DNA of 64,000 nucleotides, taken from positions 2,656,001 through 2,720,000 of the forward strand of contig OZ271918.1 in the NCBI GenBank assembly GCA_965602015.1, read 5' to 3'. The stretch's first letter is position 1; each line of letters begins with the position of its first letter. A program made the position numbers and the translations under genes. The DNA is from Salinispira sp. GTDB lineage: Bacteria; Spirochaetota; Spirochaetia; DSM-27196; Salinispiraceae. Under the pieces are notes generated by a model. The model had not been told where the DNA came from, searched no databases, and saw only the letters and a program-made list of their open reading frames with translations. Of this stretch, positions 28,312 through 38,265 are shown one piece after another.

Positions 28312-31101
28312 CTAACCCTCACCAAGTTTCAGCGCGGCGCTGACGTTTAATCTGCGGATCAGAATCTGAAGAAGCACCGATCCTCCCACGGCCAATACAA
28401 CTCCCAGCAGGTAAATGCGCAGGTAATCCCGTGAGTCCGCCAGCACCCGGAAGGGAAGAACCGGGTTGCCAGCCAGGATTTCCATGAGGGGGCCGAACAG
28501 CAGGGTGGTAAGGGCGCCAATGAAAACCCCGGTAACCAGGGAACTGCCGACCAGGGAGAGCATTTCGATGGCCGGCACCCGGCTGAGCTCGGCGGGTCCC
28601 AGGCCCATGGCGCGCACCACGCCGAACTGAAGCCGCCTGTCCCGCAGGGAAAGCAGCAAATAAAGAATAAAGCCCGCCGAGCAGATAAGCATGGTCACCA
28701 GGAAGCTCAACGTGAGGGCGCCATTGATGCCCTGAACCAGGGCGTCGTTCTTCAGCCTCACCAGCTCCTGGGAACTGTTCTCCATCCTGGTAATGCCGAT
28801 CTCCCGGTTTTCGATTGCCTCGTAGAGGTCCCGATCGGACGGGGCCTCTTCCCTGCTGAGCCAGAATTCATAGGGCGTCAATCCGGCGCTGTTCTGAAGA
28901 TATTCCAGATTTGCCACCACGATTGACGATTCTCCGGGGTCCCAGCCCGGCCAGTGTTCAACGAAGGCGTACACCGTCCCTGCGGCTTCCTGCCCGTCGC
29001 CGAAGCGGAAAACCAGGGACTGTCCTGCTTGCAGCTGAGATGACAGATCCGAGGAAACAAGCAGGGCATCGGGGCTGGCGCTCAGTAAATTCAGGTAATG
29101 GAACCAATGCCAGGGCAGCAGGTCGTCCCGAAACCAGGCGATCCGCCCGAATTCGCTGGGCCGCAGCCCCATGACCTGCACATCCTGCCGCCATTGATTG
29201 TCGATGCTGGCCTGGCCGCCGGAATCGAGATACACCGGGGTCATTTCCCTGATGCCCGGCAAAGTTCGGAACTGGTCTCTGGGCGGTTCCTCCCACCGGG
29301 GACGGGTAAGCACGTCGAGCTGGCTCGCCCAAGGATTGTCGCCCACATCGTGGTGATCGACCCACTCGGGCATTATTCGCAGGTCCGCGCCGATGCGGTA
29401 ACGGATGTCCTCCTCAAGATTCGCATTGAGGATGCGGGCGGCATTGGCGTTAAACATGCCCACCGCAATGGAGAACAGGACGAAAAGCATAAGGAACTGC
29501 ATCCTCCCGTCCATTCTGCTGAGATTTAGCAGGGCCATATAGGAAGCGGGCTTCCAACGGGCCCGGCCCAGACGGAAAACCAGACTGATAACCCGGGGGA
29601 AAAAGCGGAGAAAGAGTAATCCCGCACCGAGAATAAACACCGTAGTGAGCAGGAACAGCAGGGGATCGAGATTCTCAAGCAGCACGTCGGCGCTGTTGCT
29701 TCGAAGAAGCTCAATCTGGGCCCGGTAGCGGTACAGGCCGTATGCCGAAGCTCCCAAAGCACCCAGGTCGACGAACCAGCGCTGCCACCCCGGGCGCCCC
29801 AAACCACCGGGAGTGCGGCTTTTTAATTCCACGATGCTGGTGCGGGCCGCCCGGTAGGTCGGAACGCTTACCAGCAGCACCAGAAGGAGGCCAGCGCCGG
29901 CGCTGAACAGGAAGGCGCTGGCGCCCAGCCGGAAATCCATCATGCTGCGGCTGACGAACTCCATAAAACCCGAGCTCGAGCCCAGCAGCCGGCAGAAGGC
30001 CAGGCCGAGGAAGGGCCCGATGAGGACGGCGACGGCGGCGAGAATCCCGTACTCGAGCAGGTAACGGCGAAGGATGAGTGCCGGACCGGCTCCCCTGCCC
30101 TGCAGCATGGCGATTTCATTGCGTTCCCGCTCGATAATCAGCCGGGACAGCATGAGGATGTAAAACGCCAGCAGAATCAGTACCGGTAGGATGAGCATCG
30201 CCAGGAACAGGTTGAAACGTCCCCTCCGGTTGATGTACTGCTCGAGCTGAGGTGAGGCGGCGAACTCCAGCTCCATGGCTCCCTGGAAGTCGGAAAGCAG
30301 GCGGCGATGGGCGTCCAAGGTACCCATGAGTGGAGCTACCATGGAGGTGTCCATGACGCGGTAATCATAGGCGTAGGCCCAGTAGGCCCGGGACAGCAGC
30401 TCGCCCTGGCCTCCCAAAAACAGGGTTTCAAAGCTTCCGGGGCTGACCACCAGCTTGCGGCCGAGATGATCCATTCCCCGGAACCAGTAGGGATCCCGGG
30501 GATCCGAAGCGCCGAACACCCCGACGACCCGGGCGGGAATCGGCGCCGCTTCGCCGGGCAGATGAACTTCGTATGTCAGGCCTGCGACCAGCTCCGCCTC
30601 CAGCAGCGCCCGTTCGCTGACCATCAGTTCGAGGACGCCGCCGACCGCATAGTCCTCAGCGGCCCGGCCGTAAATCATCTCAACATGTGACTGGGAATCG
30701 CTGAGACTCGCCAACTGGAACCAGCGGTCGGCCGACTCTCCCAGGTCGGGCCGTCCAAGGCGCAGCTCCCTGGTGTTCACTTCCCGGGCCATGGACAGCA
30801 GGGGCAGGGGAATATCCCCGGACAGGCGCTCCCCTATGCTCTGGTCGATAATATCAAAAACCCGCAGGCGCTGATCATCGTCCAGGCCGAAGCGCAAATC
30901 CACATCGAGCACATAATTACCGGGAAAGCGGTTTTCCTCGATCTGAAGAGTTTCCATATCGCGGACCAGAAGCTCCATGAGGCTCCCCGCGGAGTACAGG
31001 GGAATGCTGGCAGCCAGGGCTGCGGTCAGGATGAAACCAATCAGCAGGGGAAGGGAACTCTCGGGATTGTGAAGGATTTTCCGGATTACAGATTTAACCA
31101 C
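28312..31101 (-). CDS. FtsX/MacB-like double-domain ABC permease
   Basis: Two FtsX C-terminal motifs (ERERNEIAMLQGRGA, RDRRLQFGVVRAMG) and large extracytoplasmic loops. Confidence 0.85.
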   Translation of the reverse strand: MVKSVIRKILHNPESSLPLLIGFILTAALAASIPLYSAGSLMELLVRDMETLQIEENRFPGNYVLDVDLRFGLDDDQRLRVFDIIDQSIGERLSGDIPLPLLSMAREVNTRELRLGRPDLGESADRWFQLASLSDSQSHVEMIYGRAAEDYAVGGVLELMVSERALLEAELVAGLTYEVHLPGEAAPIPARVVGVFGASDPRDPYWFRGMDHLGRKLVVSPGSFETLFLGGQGELLSRAYWAYAYDYRVMDTSMVAPLMGTLDAHRRLLSDFQGAMELEFAASPQLEQYINRRGRFNLFLAMLILPVLILLAFYILMLSRLIIERERNEIAMLQGRGAGPALILRRYLLEYGILAAVAVLIGPFLGLAFCRLLGSSSGFMEFVSRSMMDFRLGASAFLFSAGAGLLLVLLVSVPTYRAARTSIVELKSRTPGGLGRPGWQRWFVDLGALGASAYGLYRYRAQIELLRSNSADVLLENLDPLLFLLTTVFILGAGLLFLRFFPRVISLVFRLGRARWKPASYMALLNLSRMDGRMQFLMLFVLFSIAVGMFNANAARILNANLEEDIRYRIGADLRIMPEWVDHHDVGDNPWASQLDVLTRPRWEEPPRDQFRTLPGIREMTPVYLDSGGQASIDNQWRQDVQVMGLRPSEFGRIAWFRDDLLPWHWFHYLNLLSASPDALLVSSDLSSQLQAGQSLVFRFGDGQEAAGTVYAFVEHWPGWDPGESSIVVANLEYLQNSAGLTPYEFWLSREEAPSDRDLYEAIENREIGITRMENSSQELVRLKNDALVQGINGALTLSFLVTMLICSAGFILYLLLSLRDRRLQFGVVRAMGLGPAELSRVPAIEMLSLVGSSLVTGVFIGALTTLLFGPLMEILAGNPVLPFRVLADSRDYLRIYLLGVVLAVGGSVLLQILIRRLNVSAALKLGEG

Positions 31102-31110
31102 AGCTTCACT

Positions 31111-32247
31111 CTAATACAGCACAGTCCAGCCCTCTTCCAGGCCGTCGCGAATTTCGAAGAAGCGGTCGGATTCGAGCCCTAGGCTGACATCCTGCTCCCT
31201 GATTACCCCGTCCTCCAGCAGCCGTACGAATCTGCGGGTCTGGAATCGCTGAATTGCCGATTTGGGAAGAAGCAGTACCCCTTCCCTCCTGGCGATCACC
31301 GCGAAAATATCCGCAGCGCTTCCCTCTCCGATATCAGCCGGCAGCCCGTCTACCCTGAATTGAACACTCTCCCGATAGGCCTGGTACTGATCCGTCGGCA
31401 CGTCCCGGGGGGTGCTCACCACCTGTCCCCGGTAATCCTCGCCGAGAACGCTGACTTCTACTTCCATTCCCCTGCTGAACGACTGATGCTCTCTGCCGGT
31501 GTATTGGACAATGAGGCTTTCGGGGCTTGAAATCCGGATAAACGGCTGGCGGGCCTGGATATACCGGCCTTCTTCCGAGGTATCGAGAAAAACCACCAGG
31601 CCGCCGATGGGTGCGTAAAGCCGGGAAGAAACAAGCTGCCGGCGGTATTCTTCCAGTCGTATCCGGCTCAGCTGGAGTGAATGGGAGGTGTTCATGCGGT
31701 TTCTCATGTGCCCTGCCACGCTCAAATCCCGGCGGATTTTCTGCTTTTCCACCGCTCGCTGCATGGCTTCCAGTTCCCTGCGCGGCCTGTCGCCCAGCTG
31801 CTGGGCCAGATCGTGCTCCTGTTCCAGCTCCGCAAGGGTGAGGTCCTCAAGGGCGATCTCCAGCTCCGCGCTGACCGTCAGATTCTCAAGCTGATCCTCG
31901 TAGAGGGCGATGTTTAACTCTTCCTGGCTTATCATGCTCTCGAGCTCGTTGGTGTCCAGCTCGGCCAACAACTGACCGGGCCTCACCTGATCGCCGACCC
32001 GCACGTAGAGCCCCTTGAGATAGCCGCCCCTCTCGGGAAAAGACAGCTGGGATTGCCGGGTGGAAACCAGGTTGCCTACCACCCGAACACTGCGCTCAAT
32101 ATCGCCCCGCTGAACTTCCACGCTTCGGTACTGGGCCTGCTGGGGTTCGACCAGGGGAGGAGGGAGCATTTCCTGCTCCCGGGGCAGGAAAAAACAGCCG
32201 CTGAAGCTTATCAGAACTGCCAGGACCCCGACGGCTGCCCGTGTCAA
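31111..32247 (-). CDS. Membrane fusion / periplasmic adaptor lipoprotein (MacA-like)
   Basis: Lipobox SFSGC, lipoyl half motifs VRVGDQVRPGQLLAELD and LYAPIGG, coiled coil. Confidence 0.85.
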   Translation of the reverse strand: MTRAAVGVLAVLISFSGCFFLPREQEMLPPPLVEPQQAQYRSVEVQRGDIERSVRVVGNLVSTRQSQLSFPERGGYLKGLYVRVGDQVRPGQLLAELDTNELESMISQEELNIALYEDQLENLTVSAELEIALEDLTLAELEQEHDLAQQLGDRPRRELEAMQRAVEKQKIRRDLSVAGHMRNRMNTSHSLQLSRIRLEEYRRQLVSSRLYAPIGGLVVFLDTSEEGRYIQARQPFIRISSPESLIVQYTGREHQSFSRGMEVEVSVLGEDYRGQVVSTPRDVPTDQYQAYRESVQFRVDGLPADIGEGSAADIFAVIARREGVLLLPKSAIQRFQTRRFVRLLEDGVIREQDVSLGLESDRFFEIRDGLEEGWTVLY

Positions 32248-33779
32248 TTCGCGCCTCGGTCTGCATCGGCGGGAAGCTGCATGTCAATCTGCTCCTGAAT
32301 CAGGGAGAGCATGCGGCGGGTTCCCCGGCTTTCCATAAAATCCCGGTATTCCTGAATATCCTTTTCACTGAATACTCCAGTGCGAATCTTGGACATCGGA
32401 CTGTTGTCAAAGGCGAAAAACCGCGCTCTGAAGTTGTCCATAACCCCGGAAAAATCGAAGACCATGGAAAAATGGGGCGGAAAGTAGCTGTTGTCGGCGA
32501 TGAAGCTGCGGTAGGTTTCGATGCTTCCGGCTTCCATATCTTCGCTGTCGCGCTCGAGTGCGATGTTGAGAAAACTGTCCTTGCCCGCAAAGGCCAGGGC
32601 CCCTTCGGGCAGTTCGGCATCGGGAATAACCCTCTCGCCATCGAGACGGTAGTGCTTCCCCTCGATGCCGTACATTAACAGGTCGTAGTGTTCCTGGCTT
32701 CGGTGAAACCAGTCGATAAACTGCAGCACCCGCTCGGGATGCTCGCTGCTGCTGCTCACGGCGATACCCAGATCGAGATTGTCGATTCGCTGGGCCCGCT
32801 GATCGGGAAACAGGGTGAAGCTCACATAATTCCATTCTGAACCTTCGGAGCTTATGTACGAGCTGAGAAACAGATCGTTGCCCCTCTGGGTCGTGATAAC
32901 CGCCCAGCGGCCGGAATTGATAATCATGTAGGGATCGAGGCCGATGGACCGGCGGTCCAGGAAGCCCCGGTCCATCCAGTCCATAATTCTCCGTATGCCC
33001 ATTTCGTACTCATCGGTGTTTTCCCAGGCGGTGATGCGCATTTCCGGATCATCGGCCCGGTACACCAGCAGCATGCCCGTGTCGAGAATATTGTACCCCG
33101 AACTGGCGGCAAAGAGGGCGGTCGGATTGGCGCTCAGCGCCAGGGGGAACACATCGGAATCAGCCTCGGCGATGTTGGCCAGCAGGGCCTCCAGCTCGGA
33201 CCAGTTGCGAATTCCCGTAATATCGAAGCGGTTTACAAAATCCTCCCTCACCATTACGGTCAGCTTCGGCGCATAGGGAAGATACCCGGTAATCAGATAC
33301 ACATCGCCCCGTCGGGCCAGGGCATGGCGCAGTTCGCCTTCAATTACTGAGGTATAGGCCGGCATGTGCTGCTGCAACAGGTCGCCCAACGGCGCTACCA
33401 GACCCTGGGAAATCAAATCCCCGATGGCTACTCCGTTGAACATCATGTCGGGAAAGTACAAAAAGGCGTCAATTTCTCCGCCGCCTTCAAGAAGTTCGGG
33501 CAGGGATTCCAGGTACTCACCGAAGGGCAGGAAGGTGACCTCGAGCTCGAGGTTCAGGTCTCTTCGGGACTGCTTTTCAATCTCGTCAAACAGCTCGGTC
33601 ACATGGGGACTCGCCTCCCCGGGAAAGTACAAATGAAGGGTTTCGCGGCTACGGGATCCCGATGAAAGTTCACGATCGAGGTCTGCGAAAGGATCGTCAT
33701 CCCGGGCGCAGGAGATCATGCCTGCGGCGAATAATACGATGAGCAATGATACAATCAGCCGTTGGATAGTGCGGTACAC
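32244..33779 (-). CDS. Extracellular solute-binding lipoprotein (carbohydrate SBP-like, DUF3502-like C-terminus)
   Basis: Lipobox MISC; SSSEHPERVLQFIDW, YGIEGKHY. Confidence 0.8.
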   Translation of the reverse strand: MYRTIQRLIVSLLIVLFAAGMISCARDDDPFADLDRELSSGSRSRETLHLYFPGEASPHVTELFDEIEKQSRRDLNLELEVTFLPFGEYLESLPELLEGGGEIDAFLYFPDMMFNGVAIGDLISQGLVAPLGDLLQQHMPAYTSVIEGELRHALARRGDVYLITGYLPYAPKLTVMVREDFVNRFDITGIRNWSELEALLANIAEADSDVFPLALSANPTALFAASSGYNILDTGMLLVYRADDPEMRITAWENTDEYEMGIRRIMDWMDRGFLDRRSIGLDPYMIINSGRWAVITTQRGNDLFLSSYISSEGSEWNYVSFTLFPDQRAQRIDNLDLGIAVSSSSEHPERVLQFIDWFHRSQEHYDLLMYGIEGKHYRLDGERVIPDAELPEGALAFAGKDSFLNIALERDSEDMEAGSIETYRSFIADNSYFPPHFSMVFDFSGVMDNFRARFFAFDNSPMSKIRTGVFSEKDIQEYRDFMESRGTRRMLSLIQEQIDMQLPADADRGAN

Positions 33780-33869
33780 TGGGGCCTCCTGATTTCTGGA
33801 ACGTATTCCCGGGGAAAACGGAAATATTTCTGTCCATAATATCAGAAAGCCGTGAATGGTCCAGGGATT

Positions 33870-34982
33870 TTATGGCTGAGGGCGATTTTTCCTCAGTTTC
33901 CCTCGTCTCGCAGGGGGGAGACGGCCAAGCCAGCCCTTCCTCCTGAAGAGAATGAGCATAACAACGCTCAAGGCTCCCATAATGCCCAGAAGCAGCGGAT
34001 AGCCGAAGGGCCAGGCGAGTTCGGGCATGTGAGCAAAGTTCATCCCGTAGATGCCGGCCATGAAGGTCAGGGGAATAAAGATAGTGGATATGACCGTGAG
34101 GATTTTCATAACCTCCGAAAGCCGGTAATTCTGGAGTGCGGTAAACAGATTCAGCTGATCACGGAGCATGTCGCGGTATGCAGTTGCGGCGGAACTGACC
34201 ATCTCCAGGTGATCCCTCAGGTCCGTGTAAAACGGCAGAACATCCGAATCTATTTCAGGCCCATCGGCCCCGAGCATAAGCGCAAGGGCGTCGTTCAGGG
34301 GCTGGACATGGCGGCGTATTTCCGCCACCGTGGACTTGGCCTTGCGGATCTCCCCGATTACCCCCGAATCCTGACGGTCGAATATCCGGTCTTCAAAATC
34401 CTCAATGCCGCCGCCCATAAAATCCGTTACGTGTATGTAGTTGTCCACCACCGCGTCCAGCAGGGCGAACAGAAGATACTCGGCGTCGCCGGAGCGGATC
34501 CTGCCGCTTCCGTCTTCGATTCGCCGCCTGATAGGCGCGAACACGTCTCCCGGAGCTTCCTGAAAACTCATAAGCACATTATCGAACTGGACCATGCTGA
34601 TCTGCTCCGTGAGGATGGTTTCTTTTTCCATCCTGAGCATTTTGGCGATAACGAAGCGGTAGCCCGGGTAGGTCTCAATTTTCGGCCGGTGACCAAAATT
34701 GGCGATATCCTCGGCGATGAGGGGGTGGATTCCGAAACGCTGTTGAATTGTGCCAAGCAGCTCGGAGTTGCGAAAGGCGGTAATGTTTATCCAATACACC
34801 CGGCGGGGGTCGGGCTGCCAGGCGCCGAGCTCGGCATGAGACAGAGAAAACGTTTCCCAGCCCGCAGCGTCCCAGCTGTAGCCCGTAATTTCAGCCGGAC
34901 CCTCATTTACCCCGTCCAGGCTGTGGATCGAACCCGGAATGCTGTGCAGCTTTATGTGCCTGGTTGGAACGAGTTTAGACAT
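33870..34982 (-). CDS. corA: Magnesium/cobalt transporter CorA
   Basis: HPLIAEDI, YGMNF, MPEL, two C-terminal TM helices. Confidence 0.93.
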   Translation of the reverse strand: MSKLVPTRHIKLHSIPGSIHSLDGVNEGPAEITGYSWDAAGWETFSLSHAELGAWQPDPRRVYWINITAFRNSELLGTIQQRFGIHPLIAEDIANFGHRPKIETYPGYRFVIAKMLRMEKETILTEQISMVQFDNVLMSFQEAPGDVFAPIRRRIEDGSGRIRSGDAEYLLFALLDAVVDNYIHVTDFMGGGIEDFEDRIFDRQDSGVIGEIRKAKSTVAEIRRHVQPLNDALALMLGADGPEIDSDVLPFYTDLRDHLEMVSSAATAYRDMLRDQLNLFTALQNYRLSEVMKILTVISTIFIPLTFMAGIYGMNFAHMPELAWPFGYPLLLGIMGALSVVMLILFRRKGWLGRLPPARRGKLRKNRPQP

Positions 34983-35033
34983 GTGGTGGGTTTCCTCGCA
35001 ATTCTGAAAATGCAGGCTCCGTCGCCCGGACCA

Positions 35034-35486
35034 TCAGCCTTCCATGCCGATGGACAGCTGGAAGATAATTCCTTCGGCGTCGTAATAAAATTTTTCCAGC
35101 CCGGTTTCGTCACCGAATTCCTCTTCATCAAAAACTATTTGGGGAAAGGTGATATTGTATTTAGTGTTGCCTCCGAACAAAGAATGGAGGAAGTTACCCG
35201 CCAAAACATTGAGTATTTCCAAAAGGCAGTCGTCTATTTCCCGGGCATTGAGGGAGTCCCAATTCTCCGCATGAATGGTTTCCACCACCTGGCGCTTGAG
35301 GGCCAGGGGCAGCCGCAGGAGGATGGTGCCCCGAACGGGCCTGGTTATGTCGATGACGATGAGCTGACTTACATCCGGGGAGATTTCATGACTCTCGGTG
35401 CGGATAACATCGATGAAGGCCATATTGATAAAGGTCTGCTCAACCGCGGAGGTTATGGCCGATTCAATGCTCATTACGGTATTCAT
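35034..35486 (-). CDS. cheX: CheX-like phosphatase
   Basis: ExxN motif LLEILNVLAGN; located in the che cluster. Confidence 0.7.
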   Translation of the reverse strand: MNTVMSIESAITSAVEQTFINMAFIDVIRTESHEISPDVSQLIVIDITRPVRGTILLRLPLALKRQVVETIHAENWDSLNAREIDDCLLEILNVLAGNFLHSLFGGNTKYNITFPQIVFDEEEFGDETGLEKFYYDAEGIIFQLSIGMEG

Positions 35487-35857
35487 AGGCTGCCCTCCAG
35501 ATACTCGGTGACCTTTTCCGGCGAGAGGGGTTTTTTCATGATTCCCTCGATACCGAAGTGGCTCAGTTCATTCTCCAGGGCTTCATTTCCCAGGGAAGAA
35601 ACGACCAGGACCTTCACGGCCTTTGTCGATTCATGGCTCCTGAGCTTTTTTATAAACGTGGTACCGTCCATCTTGGGCATTTTGATGTCGGAAACCACCA
35701 GATCGACGGTTTCGCTGTCCAGTACGGAAAGGGCATCCAGTCCGTCTTCAGCCTCGAGAAACTCGACCTCCGATAAACCGGCCATCTGAAAGCAGCGCTT
35801 AATGATCATCCGGGACGTGTTTGAATCATCTACGATGAGTATTCTCGAAAGGGCCAT
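35483..35857 (-). CDS. cheY: CheY-like response regulator
   Basis: ILIVDDS, SDIKMPKMDG, KKP; GGAGG SD before ATG 35857. Confidence 0.85.
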   Translation of the reverse strand: MALSRILIVDDSNTSRMIIKRCFQMAGLSEVEFLEAEDGLDALSVLDSETVDLVVSDIKMPKMDGTTFIKKLRSHESTKAVKVLVVSSLGNEALENELSHFGIEGIMKKPLSPEKVTEYLEGSL

Positions 35858-35865
35858 GGTTCCTC

Positions 35866-36342
35866 CTAAATCTTCCATTCTGTCTTGGCGTTTGACACGG
35901 TAATCTCACCGCTGTCGATGTGCAGGCTGACGGTACGGCTGATTTTACCGCCGATGTCCTCTTTGAGAACTCCCAGCCCGTTCTTCCACAAGAAGCGTTT
36001 GACGGCTACTGCGTTCCGACGGCCGATATCGAAGGTGTTGTTGTCATCCATAATGCTCGCCCCGCCGGCGATTTTGACCTTCAGACTCCGTACCGGGCAG
36101 CCGAGTTTCTGCATTTCCTCCAGCAGGACCGGCAGCCCGGTGTCGGCGAAGTAACCCGGAAGCTTCCGGGCCTTTTCGGGATTGGTGGAGGCCTCGGGAA
36201 GGGCGACGTGGATCATGCCCCCGATTTTCCGCTGGGGGTCGTACATCATCACCGCCACGCAGGAACCCAGGGCATAGGTCTTGATAATGTCGCCCGGAGT
36301 CTTGCTGGCTTTAATATCCCCTATGCCCACATCATGCCTCAT
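35866..36342 (-). CDS. cheD: Chemoreceptor glutamine deamidase CheD
   Basis: ALGSCVAV, GGMIHVALP, KIAGGA, IGRRN. Confidence 0.92.
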   Translation of the reverse strand: MRHDVGIGDIKASKTPGDIIKTYALGSCVAVMMYDPQRKIGGMIHVALPEASTNPEKARKLPGYFADTGLPVLLEEMQKLGCPVRSLKVKIAGGASIMDDNNTFDIGRRNAVAVKRFLWKNGLGVLKEDIGGKISRTVSLHIDSGEITVSNAKTEWKI

Positions 36343-36376
36343 GCTCACCTCGCTCAGTATCAGTGTAATGCAGCAG

Positions 36377-37414
36377 CTACAGTTTTTGCAGAACTTCGAT
36401 GATGTTGTCGGTCATCAGGTGAAGCGGCGACTGTTTTTCCACCGCTCCGATATCGAAGGCCACATGGGGCATGCCGTAAATTACCGAGGACTGTTCGTCC
36501 TGCCCCAGGGTCCGGGCTCCGGCGCTGCGCATGGCCAGCAAACCCTCCGCCCCGTCGGAGCCCATTCCCGTAAGGATTACCCCAATGGAATTTGCGCCGG
36601 CCTGCTCGGCCATCGATGAAAACAGCACATCAACTGAAGGGCGGTGACCGCTCACCTTTTCCCCGCCTGAGACGGCAACCACATAGCGGCCGCCTGAGCG
36701 CTTGACCCGCATGTGAAGATCACCGGGGGCAATCAGAACGCTGCCCCGGATAATCCGGTCTCCGTCCGCCGCCTCTCTGACCTCCACGTCGCACACCTCG
36801 TTGAGTTTGTCCGCAAAAAGCTTGGTAAAGGTGGGGGGCATGTGCTGGACCACCACGGTTCCCGGCATGTCGGCGGGAAATGTCTGGAGCATTCTCCGCA
36901 GGGCGACGGTTCCGCCGGTGCTGGCCCCGATTCCGATAATTTTGTCCGTTCCCCCGACCAGGACCCGTTTTTTCTCAATGTTCCGGATGGAGAAGTTCTG
37001 CTGCTTGTACATCGACACGTCGGCCAACGCCGCCGCCTTCACCTTTTCAATAAGCAGGCCTATGGTATCCCTCAGGCCGGCGCCGAACGACGAACTGGGC
37101 TTGAGTACAAAATCCACCGCTCCGGCCTCCAGGGCTTCCAGGGTGGTGTGGGCTCCGGGACCGGTCATGGCTGAAACCATAATGACCGGGATGGGAAACT
37201 GGGGCATGAGCCTCTTGAGAAATTCGACGCCGTCCATCCGGGGCATTTCCACGTCCAGGGTCATGACATCGGGCTTTTTGTACACGATGAGATCCCGGGC
37301 CTGGTACACATCCGAAGCGCTTCCCACCACCTCTATGTCCGGGTCGCTTTCAAGTCCGTTTTTTAGTATTTGCCGAACCAGGGATGAATCATCGACTATC
37401 AGCACCTTTATCAT
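36377..37414 (-). CDS. cheB: Chemotaxis methylesterase CheB (REC + esterase)
   Basis: TLDVEMP, GASTGG, QHMP, HRPSVD, LTGMGSDG; start ATG 37414. Confidence 0.95.
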   Translation of the reverse strand: MIKVLIVDDSSLVRQILKNGLESDPDIEVVGSASDVYQARDLIVYKKPDVMTLDVEMPRMDGVEFLKRLMPQFPIPVIMVSAMTGPGAHTTLEALEAGAVDFVLKPSSSFGAGLRDTIGLLIEKVKAAALADVSMYKQQNFSIRNIEKKRVLVGGTDKIIGIGASTGGTVALRRMLQTFPADMPGTVVVQHMPPTFTKLFADKLNEVCDVEVREAADGDRIIRGSVLIAPGDLHMRVKRSGGRYVVAVSGGEKVSGHRPSVDVLFSSMAEQAGANSIGVILTGMGSDGAEGLLAMRSAGARTLGQDEQSSVIYGMPHVAFDIGAVEKQSPLHLMTDNIIEVLQKL

Positions 37415-37418
37415 TTCG

Positions 37419-38261
37419 CTAGCCCCTGCGCTGATATGCCGCCGGCGCGATATAGGAAAACTCGTCGCTCGTCCGGGTGATCGATTCGCTGTGTCCGATA
37501 AACAGGTATCCCGCATCGTGCATAACGCCGTGGAATTTGCGGATAAGCAGATTCTTGGTTGGCTGGTCGAAGTAGATCATCACATTCCGGCAGAACACGA
37601 TGTGAAAGCGGTTTTTGAAGGGGAATCGTTCCGACATAAAATTCAGCCGCCGAAACAGAATGAGATTCTTGAGCGCCGGTTTCGCCGCCAGCCTGCCGTC
37701 GGCCAGCCGGTCGAAGTACCTGCCAATAAGCTTGGACGGCACCATTTCCAGACGCCCGGCCTCGTAGCAGCCCTGCTGGGCGTGGCTCAGGGCCTCGGTA
37801 CTGATGTCGGTAGCTAGAATCAGGGGGTGGGCGGGTTTCACCGGCAGTTCAGTAAAGTGCTCGCGCAGCACGATGGCCAGGGTATAGGCCTCTTCGCCGG
37901 TGGCGCAGCCGGCGCACCACAGGCGAAGGTTTTGAGTCTGGCCTCCCAGCAGGCGGGAGTTTACGTCGTCAAGGGCCCGTTCCTGAAGGAGTTCAAAATG
38001 CGCCGGTTCCCGGAAAAAATAGGTGTGGTTCGTCGAGATTCGGTCGATGAGTTCGGTAAGCATAATGCCGCTGGCATCGTCTTTCAGGGCCTGGAAGTAC
38101 TCGGCGAAACTGTTCATTTCCTTGCGTCGGAGCACCTTGTTCAGCCGTCCCTGCACCAGGGAAATTTTCTTGTCCGTCAGATGAATGCCGAATTTTTCAT
38201 ACACCAGTTCGGCGATCATCTGAAATTCCTTTTGGCTGATCTGTACGATGCTGTTTACCAT
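37419..38261 (-). CDS. cheR: Chemotaxis methyltransferase CheR
   Basis: TNHTYFFRE, WCAGCATGEE, FCRNVMIYF, GHSE. Confidence 0.95.
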   Translation of the reverse strand: MVNSIVQISQKEFQMIAELVYEKFGIHLTDKKISLVQGRLNKVLRRKEMNSFAEYFQALKDDASGIMLTELIDRISTNHTYFFREPAHFELLQERALDDVNSRLLGGQTQNLRLWCAGCATGEEAYTLAIVLREHFTELPVKPAHPLILATDISTEALSHAQQGCYEAGRLEMVPSKLIGRYFDRLADGRLAAKPALKNLILFRRLNFMSERFPFKNRFHIVFCRNVMIYFDQPTKNLLIRKFHGVMHDAGYLFIGHSESITRTSDEFSYIAPAAYQRRG

Positions 38262-38265
38262 CGAA

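Noticed and set aside
33852..35789. 645-aa + strand ORF
   Set aside because: Antisense shadow of corA, cheX and cheY, with no recognisable motifs; typical of GC-rich codon bias
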